The notes: generated by a model from the letters alone, not told the origin. A DNA stretch of 64,000 nucleotides from Longimicrobiales bacterium (GCA_965204735.1 OZ242008.1:3008001-3072000), one strand, 5' to 3'; counted from the stretch's first letter, positions 39,146-49,358 are shown. Program-made: numbers and translations.

Positions 39146-40234
39146 TTGAGCATCAAGGCAGGCGCGACCGCGGGCGTCGCGGGCGCGTGCGTCTTCGCGG
39201 CGGGAACCCTTCTCCTGGCCTGGAGCGCCGCGCCCGAGAGCGCTTCCGGCGACCCGCGACCCGACGCCGACGCTGTGGGCGCCGTCGCCAACGACCCCGC
39301 CGCCACCGCCGCCGACTTCCTTGCCCTCCTCGACGGCCCGGCTCGCGAGCAAGCCGTCTACCCCCTGGACGACGGCGAGCGCTTCGACTGGAAGTTCGTG
39401 CCCCGGAGCCGCAACGGCCTGCCCCTCAAGGAGATGACCTTGGAGCAGCGAACCGCCGCCCACCGGCTCCTGCAGGCGACGACGAGCAGCCAGGGCTACC
39501 TGAAGGCCAACGCCGTCATCGAGCTGGAGAGGATCCTGGGGCTGCTCGAAGGCCGACCCGATCGCCGCGACCCGGAGGACTACTACGTCACCGTCTTCGG
39601 CACGCCCTCGTCGAGCGGTCCGTGGGCGTGGCGGTTCGAGGGCCATCACCTTTCCCTCAACTTCTCGTTTCCGGTCGAGCGCCTCGTGGTGACCGGACCG
39701 GCGTTCATCGGCGCCAACCCGGCACGGGTGCCGTCGGGTCCCAAGGCGGGCTGGCGACCGATGGGTCCGGAGGAGGACTTGGCCCGATCCCTGGTGGCAA
39801 GCCTCTCGCCCGAGCAGCGGGCGGTCGCGGTGATCTCGTCGGAAGCGCCCAGGGACATCCTTACCGGCGACGACCGGGAGGCGCGCCTGGAGTCGTTCGA
39901 GGGACTGGCGGCGGGCGAGATGACGGAGGAGCAGCAGGAGATGCTCTTCGGCCTCCTCGCCGAGTACGTCGGCAACATGGCGGCCGACGCCGCGCGCGCC
40001 TGGACCGCCCGCATCCGCCAAGCCGCCGCCCTGGACGAGACGTACTTCGCATGGGCCGGCCCGACCGAGCCCGGCGCAGGCCACTACTACCGGATTCACT
40101 CGCCGGCGTTCCTGGTCGAGTACGACAACACGCAGGACGACGCCAACCACGTGCACTCGGTGTGGCGCGACCTGGAAAACGACTTCGGCGGCGACGCCCT
40201 GGCCCGCCACTACCGGGAGGGCCACCCGCACTGA
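39146..40234 (+). CDS. DUF3500-family protein
   Basis: WKFVPR.RNGL, FGTP..PWAWRFEGHHLSLN, HYYRIH.P.FLVEYDNTQ..NHVHSVWRD..NDFG. Confidence 0.85.
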   Translation: MSIKAGATAGVAGACVFAAGTLLLAWSAAPESASGDPRPDADAVGAVANDPAATAADFLALLDGPAREQAVYPLDDGERFDWKFVPRSRNGLPLKEMTLEQRTAAHRLLQATTSSQGYLKANAVIELERILGLLEGRPDRRDPEDYYVTVFGTPSSSGPWAWRFEGHHLSLNFSFPVERLVVTGPAFIGANPARVPSGPKAGWRPMGPEEDLARSLVASLSPEQRAVAVISSEAPRDILTGDDREARLESFEGLAAGEMTEEQQEMLFGLLAEYVGNMAADAARAWTARIRQAAALDETYFAWAGPTEPGAGHYYRIHSPAFLVEYDNTQDDANHVHSVWRDLENDFGGDALARHYREGHPH

Positions 40235-40271
40235 GCCGGCTCGGTCGGCGGGCCGACGGGGACGCCCGCGG

Positions 40272-41306
40272 TCAGCTGTCCGGCGACCACTCCCTCGCGC
40301 GCCTCAGGAACACCATGGGGTCCGCTTGCCACTCGGGGAAGCCGATCTGCCGCCCGTCGGTCAGCCAGTCGAGGAAGTCGTCGAGGCAGCCCAGCAGCTC
40401 GGTGTCGTCTGCGTCCACGGTGAAGCCGCCGTACTCGACCAGCGAGTCGAGGACCGAGATCGCGAACGCTTCGGCGGAAGTGTAGGCGGCCTGGCTGTTT
40501 CCGATCTCGCCCCGCGCAACCGCGTCCACCGCGCCGTTTCGCAGGGCGTCGAGCAGCTCCGCCTCGCCCCGCTCGTAGCCCAGGTAGACGACCCGCGGCC
40601 GCGCGTCGTCGGGCGGCAGCAGGAGCGTCCGACCCTCCAGTGCCGGCGAGGCGTCGGAGGCGGTGACGACGTAGGCGTCCGTCCCGTCCGCCGTGACCGT
40701 CCCGCCGGGAGTTTCGACGCGGACCCCTCGGGCCAGCACGCCGTTCTCGTCCGTCAGCTCCACGAGCTGCAGGAGCCGCGCCTCGCCGGTCGTGCCCGCC
40801 AGGGCGCCGACCCTCGCGTCGCTGGTCAGCTTGTCGTAGCTGTCGAAGCGCGCCACTTCGCCTTTCCGCACCAGGAGGGACTGGCGGAACGCCACGTGGC
40901 CCCGAGTGAAGGCGACGGCCGGCTGGCCCTGGGCGTCCTTCGTCCGCTCGTCGAGGATCGTGATTCCGCCGCTCACCACGTCGTAGCCGGGTTGCGAGGA
41001 GAGCAGCCAGATCCCGGGCCAGTCGCGGATCCCCCTGCGGTTGAAGGAGAGCTTGGCGCCTTCGACGGCCTCGAGCGCCGTGATCAGGTCGGCCTCGTAG
41101 CCCCCTTGGTCGTTGAACGCCATCGACTCCGGGTCTTCTTGCAAGCTGTAGCTGATGGGCTCGAAGTACGCGTAGAAGCCCAGCGTCAGCGGTGCGCCGT
41201 TGGTGCAGGCGTAGGACGTCTTGACCACGTCCGAGCACGCCGACAGGCCAAGCGCCGCGACGCCGGCGGACGCCGTTCGGATCGCGAGCGAACGACTCGC
41301 AAGCAT
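40272..41306 (-). CDS. Family-3 solute-binding lipoprotein
   Basis: Lipobox LSAC, GFYAYFEPISY, GYEADL, GITIL.ER, VGALAGTTGE, VDAVARGE. Confidence 0.75.
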   Translation of the reverse strand: MLASRSLAIRTASAGVAALGLSACSDVVKTSYACTNGAPLTLGFYAYFEPISYSLQEDPESMAFNDQGGYEADLITALEAVEGAKLSFNRRGIRDWPGIWLLSSQPGYDVVSGGITILDERTKDAQGQPAVAFTRGHVAFRQSLLVRKGEVARFDSYDKLTSDARVGALAGTTGEARLLQLVELTDENGVLARGVRVETPGGTVTADGTDAYVVTASDASPALEGRTLLLPPDDARPRVVYLGYERGEAELLDALRNGAVDAVARGEIGNSQAAYTSAEAFAISVLDSLVEYGGFTVDADDTELLGCLDDFLDWLTDGRQIGFPEWQADPMVFLRRAREWSPDS

Positions 41307-41540
41307 TCGATCTGCCCCTCCTGCGGGCGACAGCGGAAAGCCGCGCGGCACCACGCCGCACACACCTGGGAATATAGCCCGCGCCCGCCGCGCGTGAACA
41401 ATCGCGCGCTCGGCGACGTACATTCCAATCTGAGCCCACGCGCCCCGCGAACCCGCTCCGGCGGGGGCGACGGAGCGCGGCCGGCCGGCACGGGTTCACA
41501 CGCCCACGAACCGTTCCCCTTCGCGGAGAAGACGCTTCCG

Positions 41541-42539
41541 TTGTACACCGCATGCATGTTCTGCAACAAGCCTCTGGGCGCCAACGAGGTCGTCGAGACG
41601 TTCCCCGTCGGACGGCGCCTGGCCTTCGACGCCGCGCGAGGGCGGCTGTGGGTCGTGTGCCGCAAGTGCGAGCGGTGGAACCTCTCGCCTCTGGAAGAGC
41701 GCTGGGAGGCCGTGGAGACCTGCGAGAAGCTCTTCCGGGACACGCGGGTGAGGGTCTCCAGCGAGAACATCGGCCTGGCGCGCCACCCCGAGGGACTGGA
41801 GCTGGTGAGGATCGGCAAGCCCCTGCGTCCCGAGTTCGCTGCGTGGCGCTACGGCGACCAGTTCGGTCGGCGCCGGCGGCGCTACATCGCCTTCGCGGTG
41901 GGCGGCGGCCTGGTGATCGGCGCCGTCGCCGTGGGAGGCGCGGTGACGGGCGTGGTCAGCGGGGCCGTGCTGGGCCAAGTGGGCAACTTGTGGAACGTGG
42001 TGGTGAACGGCCGCACGCTGGTGAAGCTGCGCACCGACGAGGGCGACCGGATCAAGCTCAAGCGTCCCGACCTTCTGGGCACCCGCATCCGGCCCGCCGA
42101 GGGCGAGCCCGGATTCAAGCTCCAGGTGCGCAAGAGGAAGCGGAAGCGATGGTTCGAAGGCGAGGAGGCCCAGCGATTCGCGGGAGCGATCCTCCCCCGC
42201 ATGAACGCGGGCGGCGGCAAGCAGCAGACGGTGCGGCAGGCAGTCTCCCAGATCGAGGACCAGGGCCACCCGGAGCGCTTCTTGCTGGACGTGGCCCAGG
42301 GAGACCGGTGGCAGGACAAGCGGGGCGTCCCGGGCTACGTGAACAAGATGCCCGTGCCCACGAAGCTGGCCTTGGAAATGGCGCTTCACGAAGAGCAGGA
42401 GCGCCGGGCGCTGGAGGGCGAGCTCTGGCTGCTGGAGCAGGCCTGGAAGGACGCCGAAGAGATCGCCGCCATCTCCGACGACCTCCTCCTTCCCGAGGGC
42501 GCGAGGGAGTTCGTCCGCGAGCGGCGGCCGGCCGACTAG
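41541..42539 (+). CDS. Conserved hypothetical protein with an N-terminal Zn finger and one TM segment
   Basis: TTG start; CMFC..CRKCERWNLSPLEERWE; C-terminal ALEMALHEEQERRALEGEL..AEEIAAISDDLL. Confidence 0.75.
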   Translation: MYTACMFCNKPLGANEVVETFPVGRRLAFDAARGRLWVVCRKCERWNLSPLEERWEAVETCEKLFRDTRVRVSSENIGLARHPEGLELVRIGKPLRPEFAAWRYGDQFGRRRRRYIAFAVGGGLVIGAVAVGGAVTGVVSGAVLGQVGNLWNVVVNGRTLVKLRTDEGDRIKLKRPDLLGTRIRPAEGEPGFKLQVRKRKRKRWFEGEEAQRFAGAILPRMNAGGGKQQTVRQAVSQIEDQGHPERFLLDVAQGDRWQDKRGVPGYVNKMPVPTKLALEMALHEEQERRALEGELWLLEQAWKDAEEIAAISDDLLLPEGAREFVRERRPAD

Positions 42540-43225
42540 GCGCGCTTCTCGCCGGGACGGACGCTTTCCGCCGCCGAGCGGATCGCGCGGACGCCGGCGG
42601 CGGCCCCGTCCGGGTGGCCGAAGACCGCCGAGCCCGCCACGAGCACCGTCGCCCCCGCCTTCACCAGGTCCGGCGCCGTCCTGGCGCTGACGCCTCCGTC
42701 CACCTGCACTTCGACCCGGCCCGGTCTGCGGGCGTCCACCAGAGCCCGGGCGCGAGCCACCTTGTCGCAGGAGGCCGGGATGAACGCTTGGCCGCCGAAG
42801 CCCGGGTTCACCGACATGATCACCAGCAGGTCCACCAGGTCCAGCACTTCCTCGACGGCGGAGAGGGGCGTGGAGGGGTTGAGGGCCACGCCGGCGCCCA
42901 CGCCCAGTCCGCGGACCAGGGAAAGGGTGCGGTGGAGGTGGGGCGACGCCTCGGCGTGGACCGACACGAAGTCCGCCCCGGCCTTGGCGAAGTCGGGCAC
43001 GTACCGGTCCGGGTCCTCGATCATCAGGTGCACGTCCACCGTCCGGGTCGCGACCCCCCGCACCGCCTCGGTCACCGCTGGCCCGACCGTGATGTTGGGC
43101 ACGAAGCGGCCGTCCATCACGTCCACGTGAATCCACTCGGCCCCGGCCTCCTCCACCGCCCTCACCTCCCGGCCCAGCTCGGCGAAGCGGCAGCTCAGGA
43201 TCGACGGGGCGATCTTCGCCCTCAC
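42536..43225 (-). CDS. rpe: Ribulose-phosphate 3-epimerase
   Basis: IAPSILS, IHVDVMDGRFVPNIT, DVHLMI, MSVNPGFGGQ, VDGG, VAGSAVF. Confidence 0.97.
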   Translation of the reverse strand: MRAKIAPSILSCRFAELGREVRAVEEAGAEWIHVDVMDGRFVPNITVGPAVTEAVRGVATRTVDVHLMIEDPDRYVPDFAKAGADFVSVHAEASPHLHRTLSLVRGLGVGAGVALNPSTPLSAVEEVLDLVDLLVIMSVNPGFGGQAFIPASCDKVARARALVDARRPGRVEVQVDGGVSARTAPDLVKAGATVLVAGSAVFGHPDGAAAGVRAIRSAAESVRPGEKRA

Positions 43226-43935
43226 GACGCCCCTCCGCCCCTGCGGATTCGGCGGACCCCGCCCGCCCCCGCGATCACGGCCTCGTCGGCCAGCCCCAGG
43301 AAGAGCCCGGACTCGACCACGCCGGCCCGGCGCGCCAGCCGCTCCTCCAGCCCGGCCGCGTCGTCGATCCCCCCGGGAAAGCGGCAGTCGATCACCACGT
43401 TCCCGTTGTCGGTGCGGCGGGGCCGGCCGTCGTCGCCCGTCCGCACCACCGGTTCGGCGCCGATCCGCCGGAGCCACGCCAGGTGCCACCCGAAGCCGAA
43501 CGGCGCCACCTCGACAGGCAGCGGCGCCCGCTCGCCCAGCCGCGCCACCAGCTTCTCCTCGCCGCCGATCACGATCATCCGGCGCGACGCCTGGGCCACC
43601 ATCTTCTCCCGCAGCAGCGCGCCCCCCAGTCCCTTCGTCAACTCCAGGCGCGGATCGATCTCGTCGGCGCCGTCCACCGTCAGGTCCAGCGTTCCCGCCT
43701 CTTCCAGCCCCGTCAGCGGAATGCCCAGGCCGCGGGCCGCTTCCTCCGTGGCCACCGACGTGGGCACGCCCGCCACGCCCGTCACCTCGCCGGCGGCGAT
43801 CCGCCGGGCCAGCGCGTCCAGGAAGCGGGCAGCCGTCGAGCCCGTCCCCAGTCCCAGGCGCATTCCCGATCGAACGCTTCGGGCCGCCTCCTCGCCCGCC
43901 GTTCGCTTGATTTCGTCGGCAGAGGGCTCGGGCAA
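43222..43935 (-). CDS. rpiA: Ribose-5-phosphate isomerase A
   Basis: GLGTGST, DGADE, KGLGGALLREK, PVEV, TDNGN, GVVESGLF. Confidence 0.96.
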   Translation of the reverse strand: MPEPSADEIKRTAGEEAARSVRSGMRLGLGTGSTAARFLDALARRIAAGEVTGVAGVPTSVATEEAARGLGIPLTGLEEAGTLDLTVDGADEIDPRLELTKGLGGALLREKMVAQASRRMIVIGGEEKLVARLGERAPLPVEVAPFGFGWHLAWLRRIGAEPVVRTGDDGRPRRTDNGNVVIDCRFPGGIDDAAGLEERLARRAGVVESGLFLGLADEAVIAGAGGVRRIRRGGGAS

Positions 43936-44235
43936 TGTCGCCTCTCGGCGGCGGGGGCAGTCGTCGGACTCGGGCGCGGACCTTCGGGGGCCGATCGTCG
44001 GGAATTCTACCTCCGCGCCGACGCGTCCGCCAACCCGGGGGACCCGCGCCGGCCAGAGACCCGGCGCCTTTACCTTCGCGGCGAAATCGCCATCTTCCGT
44101 TCCCTCGCTGGACCGCTCCTGCACGCCGGGCCGCGCCTGCCCGCTGGACTGCGCTCGCCCGCCATGCCCCGCCCTTCCCGCCCACAGGCTTCGCCGCCCG
44201 CGCCGCGCTCCTCGGACGCGACCAGGACCCTCGCC

Positions 44236-45294
44236 GTGATCATCGTCGCCAAGAAGGACGTCACCGCCGACCAGCTCGACCACATACGCGAGCGCGTGGA
44301 GGCGACCGGCCTTCGCACCCACGTCTCCAAGGGCGAAAGCCGCACGATCATCGGCTGCATCGGCGACGAGGCCCGGCTTTCGCACGTCCCGCTGCTCTCG
44401 ATCCCCGGCGTGCGCTCCGTGCATCCGGTGATGCGCCCCTACAAGCTGGCGGCCCGGGCGTTCTCCGCCGACCGAACGACCAAGGTGCGGGTGGGCGAGT
44501 GCGCTTTCGGCGGCAGCGCGTGTCTCGTGGCGGCGGGCCCCTGCTCGGTGGAAGACGAGGAGATGATGCGCCGGACTGGGCGCGCCGTGGCCGGCTCCGG
44601 AGCCGCGCTGCTCCGTGGCGGCGCCTTCAAGCCCCGGACGTCGCCCTACTCCTTCCACGGCCTCAAGGAAGAGGGGCTGCGCATCCTGGCCCGCGCCAGA
44701 GACGAGACGGGTCTGCCGGTGGTCACCGAGGTGCTGGACCCGCGCCACGCCGAAGTGGTGGCCGGCTACGTGGACATGCTTCAGATCGGAACCCGCAACA
44801 TGCAGAACTTCGCCCTCCTGCAAGAGGTGGGGCAGCTCCAGCGACCGGTTCTCCTGAAGCGCGGCATGGCCGCATCGCTGAAGGACCTTCTGCTGGCCGC
44901 GGAGTACGTCATGAGCCGGGGCAACATGCAGGTCGTCCTCTGCGAACGCGGCATCCGCACCTTCGGCGCCGAGACCCGCAACACCTTCGACTTGGCCGCC
45001 ATCCCCTGGCTCAAGCTGGAGACGCACTTGCCGGTCGTCGCGGACCCCTCCCACGCCGGCGGGCGGCGGGACCTGGTGGCGCCCCTGAGCTTCGCGGCCG
45101 TGGCGGCAGGGGCGGACGGGCTGGTCGTCGAGGTCCACCCGGACCCGGAAACGGCCCTCTCCGACGGAGAGCAGTCGCTGACGTTCGCCGAGTTCGACGG
45201 GATGATGGGCGACCTGGAGGCGTTCGCCCACGCGGCCGGGCGAACCCTGTCGCGACGGGACGGCGCCAGGCAGGACGAGGCTTCCCGGCAGTGA
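44236..45294 (+). CDS. aroF: DAHP synthase (type I-beta)
   Basis: AGPCSVE, RGGAFKPRTSPYSF.G, QIGTRNMQNF, LKRG, CERGIRTF, DPSH. Confidence 0.95.
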   Translation: MIIVAKKDVTADQLDHIRERVEATGLRTHVSKGESRTIIGCIGDEARLSHVPLLSIPGVRSVHPVMRPYKLAARAFSADRTTKVRVGECAFGGSACLVAAGPCSVEDEEMMRRTGRAVAGSGAALLRGGAFKPRTSPYSFHGLKEEGLRILARARDETGLPVVTEVLDPRHAEVVAGYVDMLQIGTRNMQNFALLQEVGQLQRPVLLKRGMAASLKDLLLAAEYVMSRGNMQVVLCERGIRTFGAETRNTFDLAAIPWLKLETHLPVVADPSHAGGRRDLVAPLSFAAVAAGADGLVVEVHPDPETALSDGEQSLTFAEFDGMMGDLEAFAHAAGRTLSRRDGARQDEASRQ

Positions 45295-46412
45295 ACGTGC
45301 CCCTGCTGGACCTGAAGCCCCAATACGCGGCCGTCAAGGACGAGATCGACGCCGCAATCGCCGGCGTGGTCGACTCCCAGCGCTTCGTCCTGGGTCCCGT
45401 CGTGGAAGCTTGCGAGGAAGCCGTCGCCGCGTACTGCGGCTGCGACCACGGCGTCGGCGTCTCCTCGGGCACCGACGCCCTTCTCCTGGCCCTCATGGCG
45501 GAAGGGATCGGACCCGGCGACGAGGTGGTCGTCACGCCGTTCACCTTCTTCGCCACCGCGGGCGCCGTCGCCCGCGTGGGGGCCAGGCCCGTCTTCGCGG
45601 ACATCGACCCGTCCACCTTCAACATCGACCCCTCGCAGATCGAGGCGAAGGTCACGCGCCGGACCCGGGCGGTGATCCCCGTCCACCTCTTCGGCCAGAT
45701 GGCGGAGATGGGCCCGATCATGGAGGTCGCCGAGCGTCGCGGTCTCGTCGTCGTCGAAGACGCGACCCAGGCGATCGGCGCGGAGCGGAACGGACGGCGC
45801 GCGGGATCGGTCGGCCACTACGGCTGCTTCTCGTTCTTCCCGACCAAGAACCTGGGCGCCTTCGGCGACGGAGGCATGATCACGACCAGCGACCCGGCCC
45901 GGCGCTCGGCGCTCAAGGCTCTCCGAGTCCACGGCGAGCACCGCAGGTACCACCACAGGACCGTCGGCGGGAACTTTCGGCTGGACGCCCTGCAGGCGGC
46001 GGTCGTCTTGGCCAAGCTGCCGCACCTGGACGGCTGGACCGAGGCCCGAAGGCGCAACGCCGCCCTCTATCGCCGCTTGGTGGGCGAGGCTCCCGAAGAG
46101 GCCCGCGCCCGCATTGCGCTGCCCCGCGAGGCGCCCGGCCGGCACGTCTACAACCAGTTCGTGGTGCAGGTGCCCCGCCGCGACCTGGTGAAGGAGCGGC
46201 TCGCCGTCGCGGGCGTGGGCTCGGGCGTGTACTACCCCGTTCCCCTTCACCTGCAGGAGTGCTTCGCCGACCTGGGCCACGAGCCGGGAGACCTGCCCGC
46301 CAGCGAGAGGGCGGCCGCGGAAGTTCTCGCGCTGCCCGTCTTCCCCGAGCTGTCGGACGCCGCGGTCGCCCACGTCGCCGACGCCCTGGCCGACGCCGTG
46401 TTGACTTCCTGA
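45291..46412 (+). CDS. DegT/DnrJ/EryC1/StrS-family aminotransferase
   Basis: VPLLDL, SGTDAL, PFTFFAT, PVHLFGQ, SFFPTKNLGAFGDGG, NFRLDALQAA. Confidence 0.95.
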   Translation: MNVPLLDLKPQYAAVKDEIDAAIAGVVDSQRFVLGPVVEACEEAVAAYCGCDHGVGVSSGTDALLLALMAEGIGPGDEVVVTPFTFFATAGAVARVGARPVFADIDPSTFNIDPSQIEAKVTRRTRAVIPVHLFGQMAEMGPIMEVAERRGLVVVEDATQAIGAERNGRRAGSVGHYGCFSFFPTKNLGAFGDGGMITTSDPARRSALKALRVHGEHRRYHHRTVGGNFRLDALQAAVVLAKLPHLDGWTEARRRNAALYRRLVGEAPEEARARIALPREAPGRHVYNQFVVQVPRRDLVKERLAVAGVGSGVYYPVPLHLQECFADLGHEPGDLPASERAAAEVLALPVFPELSDAAVAHVADALADAVLTS

Positions 46413-46497
46413 CCGGGCCCGGCTCAACTTCGGGGACTGCGGTCCAGCGCATGGTCCAGCCCGGCGCGCGTGCAGACAAAGGCAAGGGAAGAGCCAA

Positions 46498-46884
46498 GTG
46501 AAGGGACAGAGCAGAAAGCAGCTGATCGTGGTGGGCGACCGGGTGCTGATCGAACCCGAGGAGGGCGAGGAACGGACCAAGGTCGGCCTCTACCTTCCGG
46601 CGTCGGCAGTGGACAAGCAGTCGGTTCAAGGGGGACGGGTCCTGGCCACGGGTCCGGGAACGCCGATCGGGGCGCCCGCCGACCTGGACGACGAGCCGTG
46701 GAAGATCGGCTCCGGCGAAGCCCGGTACCTGCCGGTGCAGGCCCAGGCCGGCGACTTTGCGATCTTCTTCCGGAAGGCCGCGGTCGAGATCAGCTTCGAG
46801 GGAACGCGGTACTTGGTGGTTCCCCAGGCCGCGATCCTGACCCTGGTGCGGGAGACGGAGACCGGCCCCGAGCCGCTCTTCTAG
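46498..46884 (+). CDS. groES: GroES-family co-chaperonin (orphan paralogue)
   Basis: VVGDRVLI.P...ERTKVGLYLP..GRVLATGPG. Confidence 0.8.
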   Translation: MKGQSRKQLIVVGDRVLIEPEEGEERTKVGLYLPASAVDKQSVQGGRVLATGPGTPIGAPADLDDEPWKIGSGEARYLPVQAQAGDFAIFFRKAAVEISFEGTRYLVVPQAAILTLVRETETGPEPLF

Positions 46885-46919
46885 CCGACGGACACTCCGC
46901 AACCGGGGGGCGCCGCATC

Positions 46920-46966
46920 TGGCGGAGAGCGATCCGGCGGCGGGTCCCTTGGCGAGCTGCTTCGCC
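46920..46966 (+). repeat. Perfect 47-bp dispersed copy of 30794-30840 (internal to the ATPase gene 30429-31265)
   Basis: TGGCGGAGAGCGATCCGGCGGCGGGTCCCTTGGCGAGCTGCTTCGCC is identical at both sites. Confidence 0.95.
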
Positions 46967-47077
46967 GGAAACGCCCCTTTGCGAGGTTGTGCGGCCGCCG
47001 CCGAATTCGTAGTATTCTTGGTCCAAAATGTCACTTGCCCTTACTGACACTGACCAGCCAGCTAGGAGAGCGACTCC

Positions 47078-48172
47078 ATGCGGCCCATGTTGAAGCGGCT
47101 GACGATCAACGGCTTCCGCTCCATTCGCCAGACTGCCTTGGACCTGCGCGACCTCAACGTCCTGGTCGGTCCCAACGGCGTCGGCAAGAGCAGCCTCGTC
47201 GCTTGCTTCCGGCTCCTGAACGAGATGATGGGTCGGCGTCTTCAGCAATACCTGCACGCGACCGGTCGCGCCGGGACCAACCTCCACTACGGCCCGGAGC
47301 AAGTCCCCCAGATGGAGCTGGAGCTGCACTTCGAGGTGGAGAACGGCACCGACACCTACGTCTTGAAGCTGGCGCGCGTCGCCGGAGACACGATGATGTT
47401 CTCCGAGGAGACGCTGATCTTCCATCAGACGGGCTACCCCAGCCCGAAGGTGGTGGAGCTGGGCGGAGGCCACCCCGAGACGCGGGTCGGACAAAAGGCC
47501 GAAGAAGGCGACATCACCGCCAAGACGATCCGCTACCTGCTCAACCGATGCCGGGTCTTCAACTTTCACGACATGTCCCCAGGGGCCCGCGTTCGCCAGC
47601 GATGCTTCGCGGGCGACAACCGCTGGATCATGCCGGACGCCGCGAATCTGCCGGCCGTCCTCTACCGGCTGAAGCAGGAGCGGTTGCCCGTCTACGAGCG
47701 GATCGTGGCGCAGACGCGCCGGCTCGCGCCCTTCTTCGACGACTTCGAGCTGGCGCCCAGCGAGTCCCGGGACATCCACCTCAACTGGCGGCACCGCGAC
47801 TCGGGAACGCTCTTCGGCCCGCAGCAGTTCTCCGACGGCACGCTGCGGGCGATCTGCCTGGTGAGCCTGCTCCTCCAGCCGCGCGATTCGATGCCGCTCC
47901 TCATGGTGCTGGACGAGCCCGAGATGGGACTGCACCCCCAGGCGCTGGACGTGGTGGCGTCCCTCTTCCGGCAAGCTCGGCAGCACGCCCAGATCATCGC
48001 GACCACGCACTCCTCGACGTTTCTGGACTCGTTCGAACCGGAGGACGTGCTGATCGTGGAGCGACGAAACGGCGCGACCAGCTTCCACCGCCACGGCGGC
48101 CCCGCCCTCGACGCCTGGGTGGACGAGTACTCCATGGGCGAAGACGCGGACGCGGACGACGACGGGCCGTAG
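47078..48172 (+). CDS. AAA_21/COG4637-type ATPase, C-terminus apparently altered
   Basis: GFRSI, VGPNGVGKS, FSDGTLR, LDEPEMGLHP, TTHS. Confidence 0.85.
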   Translation: MRPMLKRLTINGFRSIRQTALDLRDLNVLVGPNGVGKSSLVACFRLLNEMMGRRLQQYLHATGRAGTNLHYGPEQVPQMELELHFEVENGTDTYVLKLARVAGDTMMFSEETLIFHQTGYPSPKVVELGGGHPETRVGQKAEEGDITAKTIRYLLNRCRVFNFHDMSPGARVRQRCFAGDNRWIMPDAANLPAVLYRLKQERLPVYERIVAQTRRLAPFFDDFELAPSESRDIHLNWRHRDSGTLFGPQQFSDGTLRAICLVSLLLQPRDSMPLLMVLDEPEMGLHPQALDVVASLFRQARQHAQIIATTHSSTFLDSFEPEDVLIVERRNGATSFHRHGGPALDAWVDEYSMGEDADADDDGP

Positions 48173-48296
48173 CCGCTCCCGCCGGGCAGATCCTCCGGGC
48201 CGCCCGCCTGCGAACCGAGGCGCCCGCGCGCTTCGAGAACGCCGCCCAGACGTCGCGCGCTCCCCCTTCGGACCGTTCCTGGCGGCCCAGGGCTTC

Positions 48297-49358
48297 GTGG
48301 CGCTGGACGGAGGGCTTGCGAGCGAGCTGGAGCGCGCCGGCCACGACCTGAACGATCCTCTCTGGTCCGCCAAGGTCCTGCTGGAGGCGCCGGAGGCGGT
48401 GCTGGCCGTGCACCGGGCGTTCTTGGAGGCGGGGGCCGACTGCATCGTGACGGCCACCTACCAAGCCACCTTCCAGGGCTTCGCCGAACGGGGCCTTGGA
48501 GAGGCCGATGCGGAAGCCGCGTTCGGGCGCGGGGTGGAGTTGGCCGTTCGCGCGCGGGACCACTTCTGGGCGCGGGCCCGCCGTCGGTCGCGGCTGCGGC
48601 GGTTGCGGCCCTTGGTCGCAGCGGGAGTGGGACCCTACGGCGCCTCCTTGGCCGACGGCAGCGAGTATCGGGGCGACTACGGGATCGGCGCGGAGGCGCT
48701 GGAGTCCTTTCATCGGCGGCGTTGGCGAACGCTGGCTCGCAGCGCGGCGGACCTGATCGCGTGCGAGACGATCCCCACCTTGGCCGAGGTGCGGGCGCTG
48801 GCCCGCTTGGCCGACGAGTTCCGGAAGCCGGCGTGGATCAGCTTCAGCTGCCCGGACCGCGGCCGGCTGGCGGACGGCACGGAGCTGGAGGAAGCGGTCG
48901 CGGTCGCGGCCGCGGCGCCGGGTGTGTTCGCGATGGGGGTCAACTGCACCGCGCCGGGCAATGCGACCGAGCTGGTGGCCGCGATCGCGGCGGGGACGGA
49001 GAAGGCCGTGGTCGCATACCCCAACGCCGGGGGCAAGTGGGACCCGAAGGCGAAGCGGTGGGGCGCCGCCGAAGTGGGCGCGGGCGAGCCGGAGACGGGC
49101 GCGGAGGGCGGGGAGGCGGGCACAGGCGAACCGGCGGGCGCCGGCGCGTCGGGGGGTACGGGCGAGTCGGCAGGCGCCGGCGCGTCGGCAGGCACGGACG
49201 AGTCGGCGGATCAAGCTCGCGGCCGCTTGGACTGGGCGACGGCGTGCCTGGAGTGGCGTGCCGCCGGCGCCGACGCCGTGGGGGGCTGCTGTCGGGTGGG
49301 CCCGGCCGCGATCCGTCGGATGCGAAGGGCGTTGGAGGCCCGGCGCCGCGCCGAGTGA
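48297..49358 (+). CDS. mmuM: Homocysteine S-methyltransferase (5' end uncertain)
   Basis: LDGGLASELE..LNDPLWSA, TATYQA, GPYGA.LADGSEYRG, ACETIP, GVNC, YPNAG, GGCCR. Confidence 0.92.
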   Translation: MALDGGLASELERAGHDLNDPLWSAKVLLEAPEAVLAVHRAFLEAGADCIVTATYQATFQGFAERGLGEADAEAAFGRGVELAVRARDHFWARARRRSRLRRLRPLVAAGVGPYGASLADGSEYRGDYGIGAEALESFHRRRWRTLARSAADLIACETIPTLAEVRALARLADEFRKPAWISFSCPDRGRLADGTELEEAVAVAAAAPGVFAMGVNCTAPGNATELVAAIAAGTEKAVVAYPNAGGKWDPKAKRWGAAEVGAGEPETGAEGGEAGTGEPAGAGASGGTGESAGAGASAGTDESADQARGRLDWATACLEWRAAGADAVGGCCRVGPAAIRRMRRALEARRRAE

